Assembly: GCA_043228905.1 (NCBI GenBank)
Contig: JBHGNT010000021.1
Coordinates: 7,192,001-7,256,000 of the forward strand
Origin: Azolla caroliniana
Lineage: Eukaryota > Plantae > Polypodiophyta
Direction: 5' to 3'
DNA: 64,000 bases
Both the position numbers and the translations under genes were made by a program. The notes under the pieces were generated by a model. That model was given only the letters and a program-made list of their open reading frames with translations, ran no database searches and was not told where the DNA came from. Shown here one piece after another: positions 39,893-54,438 of this stretch. Each line of letters starts with the position of its first letter. The first letter of the stretch is position 1.

Positions 39893-42800
39893 TTAGAAGG
39901 AGGCGAGGTAGGCAAGGGCACCCACTAAGGGTGCATTGATGTAGAGGGTTGGTTCAGATTGTTTGTAATTGGATCGATCATCAGAGTATTCATCATATAG
40001 TCCAGGACCACCAGAGACGGCACCTACAAGCAAATTCGGGTTTTGCTCTATACTAGAGAAGAAGGAGAAACCTTCCTTGCACCCTATCCTTTGTGGATGT
40101 GAAGTCACACATGGTAATGAAGACCCCCTGTGATGGAGCTTGCGTGGGAATCGCCCCCCTGCACCATCATATCCCACCATGTATGACATCTTCATTGGAT
40201 TCTCCCCTAGTATGTAATCCACCTACATTTGAATCCAACCAACTAGTCACATCACTTATGTTTCAATTGTAGAAAGTGATCAATAAGCCATGTGTTGTTT
40301 CTTTCACAATTTTTTAGGATCTCCTCATGCATCTTTCTTTTTTATATTCTTAATGCTTCTAAAACATATTAGCCTTACTTTCCAATGGGCAATGTTATTG
40401 TTTAAAACCCTTGGGTTTTAAGCTATCTATCTTTAGGTGCAAAATTCAATACTCTAAGCATTGCATAATAATGTTTCAATGTTTGGGTTGTGGAAGTGGC
40501 TTGTAGAGCCATAATTTTAAGTGGAAACTAACTTAAAAAGCTATTTATATCAACGAAGATATTTCCTTAAGTAACTCAACTTACGACCAGTTGCATTAAT
40601 TACAACTTGGGCCACAATTGTAAGGTTGTGAAACACAACATTTCCAAACCAAATTGTTGCAAATGTTATTGAAACATAAATGTCATGTTTTCATATAATG
40701 CTTTAGTATGCAACTTCTTGTTTGTAATAGTGGTCCACATCATGGCTTGTTTGTATGGATTGCTTGGATCCATTCGTTGTTGTTGAGTAATATATCGTAG
40801 ATTGTTATTTTGATCAATTAAATCATCATTGTTGATTTTCGTTCATTCACCATTCATACATCTTCCAATTTGGGTTCCTAATTGATAATGTTGTTGCACG
40901 CTAGCCACCTCCTTAGATTGTAGAACAACCTTTACTACCATGCCATTGTATTTATATTGAAGTTCTTAATTCAATTCGGTAACCTTGTGAAGCAATAAGT
41001 AATCGTTTGTGGGGGCATCAATATCTCTATATGTTATATGTATAAAGGCAAATCTTTCATATTGTGCTTTAGAAGCTTTTGCTATATCGGTCAATTTAAC
41101 ATTCATTCATCAATCTTTCAATAAGTTTTTGTTTGGTGGTGGTGTTTTCATTATGTTTAATTAGTCCATTTCATTCCTTTCATTTTTTACCTGGTGCTTT
41201 GCAAATACCCATAGTTCATGTGGGTGTATTGAAGAAGAATCAGTGCCACGACAGGATACCATGCTTGATGCCTTGTTCAAATGCTTTCCATATGTAAATA
41301 GAAGAAAAGCTGCCGACGTAACATATTGTAGGTTCTCATCATCCGACACAAATAGAAGTCCCCCTACATAATTGTCATCACGTCACATCCTTTTATCACA
41401 TAGTGTACAAACTTCTAGGATGTATGATGATGCATACAAATTTATGCATCCATCCACGTACGCGTCAAATTAGTGATGATGATGTACATGCATAGCATAT
41501 ATATTTTTTAGCATGTACACATGTGAGGAACTAGCGCTAGACTGTATGATGTTATGATGTATACATCTATGCAAACCATGCACATACTTCTAAAATGAAG
41601 GATGTATATATGTATATGCCATTCACACATGATTGTACACATCTATGCAAATTGACACATTATATACGTACACATAGTGTACATACTTGTAGCATGTATG
41701 GTGTGAACGTTTATGCAATAACCACTTGATATATGTACACGATACATAGCCCACACACTAGGAGCATGTATTATGCATGAATCTATGTGAAAGCCATACC
41801 TGGTGTGGTGCTTAGTAGAGATTGTTGGGTGTAGGAAATGTCGTTGGGTAGAACCGCGCAAACAAAATCGTCTGCTTGATCTTTGAATGCTTGTAAGCCA
41901 GTGTGAGCTTCACTCAAGAGTATCTACCAAAACCATGGTGAAACATAGGGTCATGTGCGCATTGAGATTATTGAAATTCGACCTTACAACACTGCCATTA
42001 CCCACCATTGCAGAAAATGGCCTATTTTTGTTTACATATGAATGAGAATATGTGGTTAAGACAATGTTGTGGGTGTGACAAAAGAGTATATCAAATCTTA
42101 TCCATGCATGGGTCTATTTGAAATACCTGAGAAAGGAGCACATGGACACCAGCATGTTTGTCATCCCAGCTGAAAGGGGGGCTTCTCTGAGCAAGTTGCT
42201 GTTTGTTGTTGAGGATAAAGTTGAAGTAAAGTGGTTGCTTAGAAGCCTTGTAGAGCCATGCAGCACCCCAGAGCAGCTCATCCTGAATGATAAAAAAGGT
42301 TACAAGTCTCTATATGCAATGTATGTATGTAAGGTATGCTTATAATGTATGTATTTATGTATGTAAGGTATGCTTATAATGTATGTATGTATGTAAGGCA
42401 TGCTTATGTGCCTATGCATATAGACACAGAGAGATTCGGAACCTGGTATCCAGAGTAGGAGCAATAGAAGGGGCACACGGCATTGCTAAAAGCATTGCTA
42501 TAGCTTCCTCGATAAGTATCTGCGAATGCGAAAACCTGCGGAATTTCGATAGTTCCACAGGAAGAGATTATGCTTAAGTTTACATAATGATTTGGGTTTC
42601 CTAACTAAAAAAATGATAGACAGTTTTTAGGTTCTGGACTCTTTTTTGCTAGGTAGTATCAACATGGGAAAAACAATCCAGATTTACACTTGTTTTTCGT
42701 CTCGGTTACTGAATGTATTCATCCCATGCCATCCACAACCAAAGACCATCCAAATTTACATAGGAAACGAAATGCATAGCAAACAACAAATGGGTAAAAA

Positions 42801-43893
42801 AAAGATTTCCTTACATTGTGGGCAGTAGAAAGGAGGAGGTTAGAGTAAGAGGGGTCAGAAGCCTTAAAAGCAAGAGAAGAAGCCGCAAAAGCGGCCGCAA
42901 TTTCAGCCGCGAGGTCAGAGCCGGGGCGTGCAGGATTAATGGAGTACACATTGCGAGGAGTGTCCATGTCTTCGGGACGCTCCCAACAAGAGTGGTCGGA
43001 ATTCGGGTCTCCCACCTAGATGAATGTAAAATAAAAGAAGAAAACATATCAACAGGTATATATGGTAGGTAGCATTATCATGCATACACACATGCAAGCA
43101 CATACATAGATATACATAGACATACTGTACATATATCAGGTACATACATACATATTGTATATATATATATCAGGTACATATACATACATACAATGCATAC
43201 ATACAGACACCACACACACATATATACATACATACATGCATACTTTTGTTATTTGTTATTTTGTTTTGAGGCGTGAGAGTGTGGCTAATATGTCCACCTG
43301 AGCATAGATGGTGTTAGGCTTAGTGGTGGTGGTCTTGAGGAGGTAATTTGTGGCCCATCGGATGGTTGCCCGGGCATTTTGGAGCTCGCCAGCCATATCG
43401 AGCTCTTGGCCAAACTCCACCACACTCCAAGCTAGCATGGTGGTAGCAAAGGCCATAGGGAAGCTGAACTTCACTCCATCCCCTGCATCATAATAACCCC
43501 CTACCAGATCTACCTGCATTTCAACAATAATGGCATCCATTAAGTATACCTACATTTAGACCACATTAAAGAGGAAGCATGATCATCACCATTCTTATAG
43601 AAAACTCTTGTACTTACATTCTCCATCATTCCGTCATTCAGCCCCGAATCGCCCCTCCATCTGAGCCGCTGCTCATTGGGTAGCTTCCCGGACCTCTGGC
43701 CTTCGAAGAAAAGTATAGATTTCGACAAGGCATCCTTATAGTCGTGGCGAAACTCCTTCTCACCATCCATATCCCATGATTTCCATGCATATGCCACCCT
43801 TCCATGAATATGAGGACTCACTATGGCAATCACAAGCAATGCTAATAACATTTGTAGGCTACATACAAAGAACACCCCTACAATGTTAGCCAT
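39893..43893 (-). CDS. GH9 endo-1,4-beta-glucanase (secreted class B type, no CBM49), 8 exons
   Basis: Exons 43893-43618, 43513-43298, 43015-42815, 42535-42443, 42282-42127, 41923-41800, 41363-41191 and 40222-39893. Motifs [55 protein letters not shown]. Hydrophobic N-terminus. Confidence 0.96.
42321..42410. repeat. Minisatellite (about 30-35 bp, three copies) in a GH9 intron
   Basis: Repeated GTATGTATGTAAGGTATGCTTATAAT. Confidence 0.75.
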
Positions 43894-46800
43894 CTCTAAT
43901 GAGCTTCACAATACTAGCTGAACTAGATACTTATAACTAACAAAACTACTTACCGGGCCACATCATTGGATCCTTTATATATATATGTATATATATATGA
44001 GAGAGAGATGGGTCACTTTTACATGTATGAGGGGGAACCTCTGTTTTTACCTTCCATGATAACTGACCATAGTTATGGCATTACTAACCATCATAGTTAT
44101 ATGTGAGTATGGGACTTTTACCTCATGGTAACTATGAACATCCCAAGTTCCAACTGAAATAACTTCCTTTGTGTCCCAATGTGTGCTAGTGAAGTAGTAG
44201 TGTCATAGGATTTCTGTATAGTCACGAGTCTTTTCCTTTTCACTCTCTCTCTATCTCTGTCACACACTTCTCACCCAAGAAGCTTGGAGTTACACCACTC
44301 TTCCCTATCCTAGTGGAAAGGCAAAGTTTTCACTACTTCGCGTGTTTGGGCTTAAATTGCCCTACATGCCATTGTGGAATGTAGGGTTGGATGCCACAAC
44401 ACAAGCTTCTTGTCTATCTATACCAACATTAAACCTTACCAATCAAGTTGGACAACCTTTTGGTCTTCCCCTCACAAGTTTTTGTTTTCAACTAGAAAAT
44501 CTCACCAACTCAACCACAACCATGTGATCTCTCTCTCTCTCTCTCTCTCCTCCATGTGCATATCCACTAAGTATACAGTATGCTATCTCAGCCTATAACT
44601 GTAACTGCTATAGTATCAATATGGATATCATCATTTTTTATTTAAGTCTTGTTCAAAGTGCCTAAGTTCAAATAGCACAAGTCACGATAGTCATGCTTTT
44701 CTCACCTTTCAAGTACATTCACATGCATTGATAGAGAGAGAGAGAGGGAGGGAGAAATCTCACATGAAAATGACTTTTCAGTTATAAACCAACTTTTGCA
44801 ATGAAGAGGGGGGTGGCACATGCACATGCCCATTAACTCATCAAATTATCAGCTGACATTAAATTAGACCAACACCTAATATTGAGGCCTTCATAAAAAA
44901 AATTCTCATTTCTTTGATTTGTTATTGGTGCTTTGGAATTTTGTCATTCTTCTTATGATAGAATTTGTTTAATCTCCTCCAATGGGCTAAATATATTCTC
45001 AATGTCAAGATACTTTACATCATTGATACAACATTATTGTAATTGGTAACGCCCAAATATAATCCACCTTTACCATTGTTGGTTGTCATGTGAAGGTTTG
45101 TGCACATTTGATCTTGGTACTATTTCTAGCTTTGGAGCATAAAGCACTTGATTCCCCTTTCACTCTTCTAACAAAATGGTTGAAATCCCTAAAATAGATG
45201 TTCCCAATATCCATTGCCTATCTATTATCTTACACACATTAGGAATAATATATACATTTGTATTGGGGAGTAATTAATGTCTTCTAATATGTATCTTTCA
45301 AATTCCTACGATAAATCCCACAAGTTTGAAATTTTAAGTTTAAACTATTGGCGTATATTTATAATGAGTATATCTTTATGTCCTTAGGGCTCAAATCCCA
45401 TAAGATCTCATATTCCCCTAACTACTCTTTCGAGACATGAATAAACTCGTCACTACTGTTATTATAAGATTGAGAATGATTTAGGATTTTGGGTGTCCTT
45501 TGCACATAAAAAAACAATTATACTTGTCTCAACTTATTATGTGATGGGATGGCATCAACAAATCGTGAATATATGTTCTTCATATGAAAATGAAGAAATC
45601 TATCAATTCCTAGATGATTTAAGACTTGTATGCATTTATGTTCAATTGAGTTGCTCAAGAGTGACGAAGGGAGGGAACTGAGGGTTCCTCGATGGAATGT
45701 CATGTGAATAAGTCCTATTTATTTGTGGTCACTTTAGGCAGAGAATCCCAATGTAGACAAACTTCGTGATCTACTCGGTTTGTGTATGCTTTTGATGATC
45801 ATATGATTCACATGTATATGATTAAGTTGGTGTCATGAATAATTTCTAGAAGGGAGGTAATCCTCTTGATTACATTTGTTGTATGTGTGAGTTTCTCTTG
45901 AAAAAGAAAGCTCAAGTACACTACTCTTCATAATTACTGACAAATGACTAAGTTGGTTTCATGGGTAATTTATAGAAGGGGGTGATCCCCTTGCTAGTAT
46001 TTACTAGGTATGGGTTTCTTCTCAATAACGTTTAAGACCTCCAACTGACAAATACCAGTTATGGGAGAGCTTAAGCTTTATGATATATGACCAAGCCCCA
46101 TCATATGTAGAGAGGGCACAAACAAATGAGGGCAGGGGTGAATGTGGGAAAGCTTTGGGTTTACCACCTAGAAGTTATAGAATGTGCCCCATTCACTAAA
46201 TGCATACTAAGAAAGTTTATGTATGTTCTATGAAGTTCTAAGTTACATATCACATCGCACCAATTCATAATGGGCAAAAGTGAACGCAGGAAAGCAATAG
46301 GCTTTGTAATCTACAAAGTGTCATCATATGCATAATGACTCATGAGCATGAACACCAATATTCACATGGTACAGTTTGTGCAGCTTTAGTGATGAAACTA
46401 CATGAGTGAACCATCCTTAGCGTGATTGTATTATATATAAATTGTAAGTCATTATCGATACTTCTTTTATTGATGGTGATCAATTACATATACATTGAGC
46501 AACTGAGAAAAATTATTGCACACACACTATTGGATAAATCCAATAAAATCTCGAAACTCCAAATATTTTCACATGCTTCATCATGTTGTTTTTGGAGATC
46601 AAAGGTGTGTGGATATGTGCATGCAGAATGCATGTATTTCATCTTATATCCGTAAAGAGACCATTATTTCTTTGACCTCTATGAAAGATCTGGAAGACAA
46701 TTCGATATCTCGAATAAGATAAAGTCTTAATGTGTTGTGATTTGCAATGCATTCTCATTACTACGTGTTATATATAGTCAAGATATTTCCCTTATTATGT

Positions 46801-49800
46801 ACAGTTACAAGAATGTCTTGGAACAAGATGTTGTTTGGCGAATATAACTCTATGAGTTGGTGAATCTTAAGAAGTGCCCCCAAAATCCACTTCATCTATC
46901 TTTCTTCTAGTAAAAGTAGGGTACATATGTATTAAATCAACATCTCGATGCAAACCACTCATATTTTATCTACACCATAAAGGTGTTGTAAGATTAGTTA
47001 ACATAAAGATAACTCCTTTGAGGAGACGATGCTTGTACAACTCATTCGCGAGACCTATGTAATCAAATTCCCTTTCAACCTATGTACTTGTTGTGGTACT
47101 CCATGGAGACAATGAAATAAGAACCTATTTCTTGTACTCTAGTTGTACCATGGACCCTTCATCTCACTCACCCTCTCTTAAAGAGAATGCATCACCATCT
47201 CTTCAATTATTGTAGTCATGTATACATGCATGATCGAGTCCACATTGTCCACAATTTGTCATTGAATAACTAGGACAAGCTAATGTAAAAATTTGGTATT
47301 GCTTTTACATTTGATAGATGATTGAAACCACATGCAACATATGATGTCCGAAAAACCATCTACATTTTCTGTCTTTTATCATTTATTCTGAAGGTGTGGT
47401 AAGGTCAACATACATTGGAGACCGTGACAACTTGTATCTGTGATGCATCAAACACTAATTTGTCCTGACTTATGGGTTTTTTTATGCATGTGAAAGGTTG
47501 AGCTGATGTTTTCTCTCTCTTGCATTCTACATGTGCATTTGAGTGGCAAGATTCTACCAAGTGCTTTCACAAGGAGATTGAATGGATAACCACTCCTCGA
47601 CAGTTCTTCGAGTTAAATACAACGACTTTTTATAAATAGTTGGTTATTTTTATAGAATTTGTTGAGCTTTCTTATTAGGATTCTTGCCGATTTCATTGCT
47701 ACTTACAATTAATTCTTTTCTTTTGACCCCATAAATTTTGAAATATATAAGTGAATTTACTTCTAGTGTTGTATGGACCACATTTTTAGTTATGATGCTT
47801 GAATCTCCGGTACATAATAAAATAAATTGTTTGTTTCTCTTGACATCAAGTGATTTATCTATTTGTAAATGTACACATTCGCGTTTCCATATCCACAAAT
47901 ACCATGTACATATATATGTATGAGTATGTGTACACAAACACATCCACACATTATCAATTTCCTCGAAGGTCGAATGTGACCTACGGGCCAAAAAGGCATG
48001 AGAGGGATCATGACGATACAAGAAAACTGTGATATGCTTCTACAATAGTAAGGATCGTGTGGTAAGGCAAATCCTCTAAGGTGTAGCAAACTAAGTGATA
48101 TAAGCATACATTTGCAAAAAGAGATAGATATAGAGAGATTGGATATATGTGAGGGAAGATGAGAAGTATATGCGTGAAGACCTCTCTACTTACTACAAGT
48201 GGGGCTTTTTAGTGCCATTATCTAACATTAAATTTGTCATTATTGCTCCAACACACCCATTGTCTATGTATATGACGCTCATAGTTTTCATGTGCAAACC
48301 CAACATAATAAAAAAATACACATTTTGTTTTTCTTTTTTTGGCATGGTCATAGGGAAGCAAGAAGCCGTTGTGAGTTCTATTCCTTTTTATCCTTCTCTC
48401 AATGTCCATGCAAGAAAATTTGTTTATGAGTATGAAAGTAGATGTAATAATATATGTGTATTGATTGGATTAGGCCTTCCGAATCATTAAATGGACCATT
48501 CTCGCATTAAGTGTTAGTATTACATGTAGAATACTATGTACTCAATGGAGTTTTAGAGGCATTATGGTTTTTAAATTAACCGTCAAGCAAACCTTGTTCT
48601 TGAACCTACAACGACTAAGTATCACTTGTTGGTTTCATCAAAACCATCTCACCTTTCAATATCTTCATCTCTCTAGCTCTATTGTCGAAGTTTTCATTCA
48701 ACCATCAACAATCCAACCCCTACACATTTTTCTCTCACATCAAAATGTTCATAAAATTCTTGAATGTTGGGAGTTGTTGCTCAACTCCAAACATACCACA
48801 TTAAAACATTTCATTTTTAGTCCAATATGTAATATTTTGGCCTCCAATGATAATAAAATAAACAAGTCTATTATCTCCTCAATCCTTCATCGTAGGAACA
48901 TGATGGCGTTATTATTACATTTTCCGTATTAATTTGTCATTTTCCGGTTTTCTAGCCTTTCTTCTTCAATCATTCAGACACTTGTAATAGTACACATTTC
49001 AACCCACATCACATTAAATACATGCTTGGCTTGTGGTGTCACACAACTTCATGTTGACTTTTCAAATACTTCGTTGCAAAACACTCGTTCACTTATTACA
49101 TTGCCCTCAATGCATGCACAAAGTAAATCCATCATTGTTTACATACATCTCCCTTTTTGGTAAAAAATGCATTGTAGTCTCTTGTCAAACAACAACCATT
49201 GACATAAGTAAATAAACCAGGGCAACGATCTTTTGAACCATAAGATCTCACTAGTCTAATTTCATGGCACTAAAGATGTCTCGAGGTGTGGACACAATTG
49301 AGCAAATTATGCATTGCATAACATGCATTTTGACAAGAAAGGTTTGTTAAGGTGCTCAAGTAAAACTCCAACTTGAAAATGGATTGGGAAATGAGAACCT
49401 CAAAGGACTACTTCATATTGGAGGTCCCATATCTTTTCCTAGTGTTTTGATAAATCATGGGTTTTTATAGGTGTTACACTTAAGCTTCAACTCATGGAGT
49501 GTGTAATCCTCTCGTATGCCATAGTAAATATAAGCAAGGGCAAATGTGGATGCAAAGTGCCTAAGTACAATCATGTCAAAATAGGGAATATATTTGCTCT
49601 TGCATAAGCTTAATCTCCTTGTTAGAATCCTTATATGATCTCTTGACTAGAATTATGAAGAGTTTTCAAATATTTTCAGCATCAAATTGATTGTTCGAGT
49701 CTTCAAGGGACAATCTTAATTGTCCAAAGCATGTGTATTAACCCTACTACATAATTCTTACACACATATTCATGTTGAATGACATCAATTTTTTTTTACA

Positions 49801-52800
49801 TGAGGTTATACTTTCACATATAATGCCCAATTTAATTCTCGTTTGTTGTCAACACTATTGCTGCAAGTGACCCTTTGCCACTCTACAGGTTTGCAAATCT
49901 CGTGTATGGGTAACCCCATGACCTTAGTGTATTTTAACACCAAATAAGACTTAATGCTAACCAAGGGTTTGACCACCTTCTTAGGTCTTCACACTTTACT
50001 AGTCATTTCAAAATGATAGCAACAATTACACAATTTCACTAAGATTTACTTGTCATTGAGAGGTCTTACAATCACGAGTGAATGCAACCAATTTAGTTTC
50101 GTAACATTGTGAGAACATCATAACAATGATCAACTCCAAGTATAAATGTAGCTTCATTCTTATAACTAAATAAAAATAATGAATCACAAAACCAACATGG
50201 AAGATAATAATGATGGCATTGGTCATGACAAAATTAATAAAGCATTTGCTAATTTTGTTGAGAATGGAACTCAACTTCCTGTGAGTGGCAACACACTCTA
50301 GGATACTCAAATGTATGAACTCCCCACCTCCTTGTATAATAACTAGTGTGTCATAGATGTTAAGTCCTATGACACATATTCCTTAGGTAGTTAAGACACG
50401 ACCTCTTTCCCAAGAGGTTGTATTGGTGAGAGAACTTAGAAAGAAGGTGACTACATAAGCACCTTCTCCCTCTCTTTGTAATTGTTGGTCATTCTTGCTT
50501 CCTAGTAATACAGTTTTCTATTTTTTCTGTAATTGTGAGGTCTCTCTCTCTCTCTCAAGACGTTAATATATCTTTCTTTCTTTCACTCACAGACACTCTC
50601 TCTCTACACACACACACACACACACAATTCTTCCTCTGCAACCAAGAGCAACCCCGAGAACACAACTTCTATTACCGACAAGACGTCTCGAACGCGCGAG
50701 GCAGAGCGTCCGGAAGAAGGGGGAACAATCATGCCGGACCCAGCCGACAAAACAATCTCGCTCAGTGTGGATACTATGGTAAATTCAGCCACTATGAGGT
50801 AGAGTGTTAGAAAAAGAAGAGTGAGTCGGCCTCCACAAGCCGACAACTCACAAACTATGCCTCCAACTCTGACTATGATAATCGTGGCAGAATGTTTGTG
50901 ATGAGGCACAGAGCGCACTAGATGACAGCCTCAAACCTGGCCAACACTTCCAAACCAGAAGATGTATGGTTTGTCAACTCGGCTGCATCGAACCACATGA
51001 CATGCCACGAGGATTGGTTCAAGGAGCTACAAAAGCCCGAACGACCCGACTATGTGGAAACTCGGGATGACACAATTCACCCCATATCAACAATGCCCCA
51101 TTTGGGGAAGACGACAACCAAACATACATCAAGAATGTTTTGCATGTTCCTACAATAACAAAGAACTTGGTCTTAGTTGGCTAGATAGTCAAACAAGGCA
51201 TGCAAGTCCACTTCAACGATGGAGGATGCTTCATCGAAAAAGAAGGTCGACTCATCGCTAGGGGTCGGAGAGAAGGTCGGATGTTCATCCTCGACTCTCA
51301 CGAGATGAACTCGACAATGTATGCCAAGGGCCAAAGAGTCAACACCAACATAGAGTTGTGGCACAAGAGGATAGGCCACATCAATCTCCAAAAGCTCAAG
51401 GGAATGCAGTCGAAAGGAGTTGTCACCGGACTCCCGACCTTCACCGAAAAGGAAATTATAGGCATGTGCGAAGCTTGTCAATTCGGCAAACAACACCGAC
51501 AATTGTTCCCAAAGGAGAGGAACACAAGCAAAGGGATCTTGGATGTAATGCATTTAGATGTATGGGGACCAGCTCAGACGACAACATTCAGTGGTTGCCG
51601 GTACTACATAACGTTCATCGACGACTTCTCTAAACATACATGGATCTACCCCATGCGACAGAAGAGCGGAGTGTTCGGACACTTCCAAAGGTTCAAAAAC
51701 AAAGTCGAAAAGGCAACCGGTCGGCATGTCTGATGCCTTCCATCGGACGACGGCAAGGAGTATTTCTCTGACGCCTTTACAACATATCTTCGACAAAAAG
51801 GAATCCGATGGGAGTTTACCTGCCGACACACACCTCAACAGAACGGAGTAGCCGAACGCACATACTCGAGGTGGCAAGGGCAATGATGAACGAGAAACAT
51901 CTGCCAAAGTCATATTGGGCTAAAGTGGCGAATACAACCGTTTATCTGATGAATCACTGCACAACATCAAGAGTGCACGAAGTTACCCCCTACGAAAAGT
52001 TCTATGGGAAGAAACCAGATCTATCTCATGTCAAGATATTCAGTTCAATTGCATATGTACATATTCCCGACGACCTGTGGTAGAAGCTCTCAAGTCGGAG
52101 AAATGTATACTCGTAGGGTACTCACTCGAGCAAAAAGGGTATAAGTGCTTCAACCCTTCCACCAAGAAGGTACGAATGAGTAGGGATGTAGTATTCAATG
52201 AGTCAACATCTTGGTATACAGTCGAATCAGCCCCATCCGACACAATCGAAACCAAGTTCAACACAGATGCAGAGGAGGATGATCGACCAAGGTTCACATA
52301 AGAGGAAAGTCCAATCTCAACTAGGTTGAGTGGACCACAAGAGCCTCCAAGCGACCAAAGCACATCGCAGCCAAGTCCGAAACATGACAAAGGAAAGGCC
52401 AAAATGCCTGAGTACGAAGACTCAGTTGGAAATGAATCACCTCACTTATCCAACAGTAAGGTTGGTGGATTGGATGTGCCCATCATGAGGACACCAGGAG
52501 AACCACGTCGATCCACTCGAGAAAAGAACATAGTCAGCCGATTTGGCTACAACGACTACATGGCATATCATTATGCATTCATGATGAAGGTGTTGACAGT
52601 CTGAGAACCGGAAAACTATTCCGAAGCCGGGAAGGACCCTAGATGGGTCGAAGCGATGAATGAGGAGATGCAAACACTCTCCAAGAATGAGACATGGGAT
52701 CTCGTTCCTTCCTCAAACCATCAAAAGGCAATTGGATGCCGGTGGATCTTCAAGATAAAGCACAACGCCGACGACATTGTCCATCGGTACAAGGCTCGGC

Positions 52801-54149
52801 TTGTGGCAAAGGGGTATGCGCAGATGCATGGTGTCAACTACGAAGAGACCTTTGCCTTGGTGGCAAAGATGACTACAATTCGAATCGTGATCACGCTTGC
52901 AGCAGCAAACGGGTGGCACCTCCACCAAATGGACGTAAAGAACGCCTTTCTACAAGGCAAGTTAGACAAAGAGGTGTACATGGTGCAACCACCCGGATTC
53001 GTGTCGACTACACATCCAACTGCTGTTTGCCGACTCAAAAAGCTTGTATATGGCCTGAAGCCGGCATTGAGAGCATGGCATTTGAAGATAACGCAATATC
53101 TTCATCAAATCGGCTTCAACATGTCCAAGTCTGACAACTCTCTGTTCATCCGGAGCGACTCTAGAGGACAGGTAATTATCAAGAGCATTTAACGAATATT
53201 GAGCACAACAAGAAGCTCCTCTCCAACCGATTCGAAATGACCGATATGAAGGTCCAGACGACATCATGCTTTCTCAAAAGCACTATACTCTCAATCTTCT
53301 GAAATTGAGAAAGCACTATACTATCAATCTTCTTAACAATTTTAGGATGACACAATGTAAGCCTGCCATTACTCCTCTCGATCGAAATCTAAAGCTAGAT
53401 GCTGACTAAGGCACTAGAGAGTGTGAGCCAACGCATTATCGTCAACTAGTCGGAAGCCTCATCTAGCTCACAATTACCTGACCCGACTTGAGTTACCCGA
53501 TCGGCCTCCTTAGCCAGTTCATGCAAACTCCGCGAGATATCCATCTCGACTGTGCTAAGCGAGTGCTTAGGTATGTGAGTGGAACCATGGATTTCGACAT
53601 CCTTTACAAATCGGCCACACTGATACGACACAAAGGTTATACTGATGCCGATTGGGCCAACTACAGAGCCGATCACCGATCGACATACGGATTTGTTTTT
53701 TCTCTCGACAATGGCGCCATATCACGGGGTAGAGAGAAACATCTGACAGTTCCACAGTCAAGCACTAAAGCCAAATACAGGGGCGCAATCGTAGCCACAT
53801 GCGAAGCCATTTGGCTGAAGAGAATCGTGAAGGATCTGGGCGTTCCCATCAAGATCAGTAATGAAATGGCAAGACTCGAACCCATGACCTTATGCTACAT
53901 GGGTCGAGCTCTTGACCATTAGACCACACATTGTAATACGTAAAATATTATTTTCATTTATGTTTTATTATAGAAAATTGATGTATATTCCAGATTTCTC
54001 TGGAACATTCTAGAAACTTCAGGAGTACTCCTGAGAACACTATGGAAGGAGGCACAAGGCATTATTTTGAACCAATTCGGTTCAATGCCAGTCTTAAGCC
54101 TCCTCGCTACTATTGTATACTCTCTTCACATAATATACATCTTTTATAA

Positions 54150-54186
<37 letters not shown>

Positions 54187-54438
54187 CACTCTTTCCTTCT
54201 CTTGAGAGTTCTACACCTCTCTTAGTACTAATCCTTATCTTTTAGTACTAATTCCTTCTCTGTCTTAGTACTGATCCTGACAGTTTGAACCGATTTTCCG
54301 TCCTCCTTCCGTCTCCTCCTTTCCTCCTCTTCCTTTTATCTTCTTACATATCCCCTTTTTCCGGTCTTCTTTTCGGTTTCTCTCATCTTCTTACCCCTTT
54401 CTTCCTTTCATACTAATCCTCTTATCCTCCCTAGTAAA

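Noticed and set aside
44850-50250. AT-rich intergenic region with possible old transposon debris (SERVF-like hAT motif on the minus strand near 49090)
   Set aside because: Too decayed to assign boundaries or a family by eye.
53857-53866. Non-canonical AG start of the chromovirus 5' LTR
   Set aside because: The other two copies begin TGTCATGATA. The three clustered changes are better explained by mutation or assembly error.
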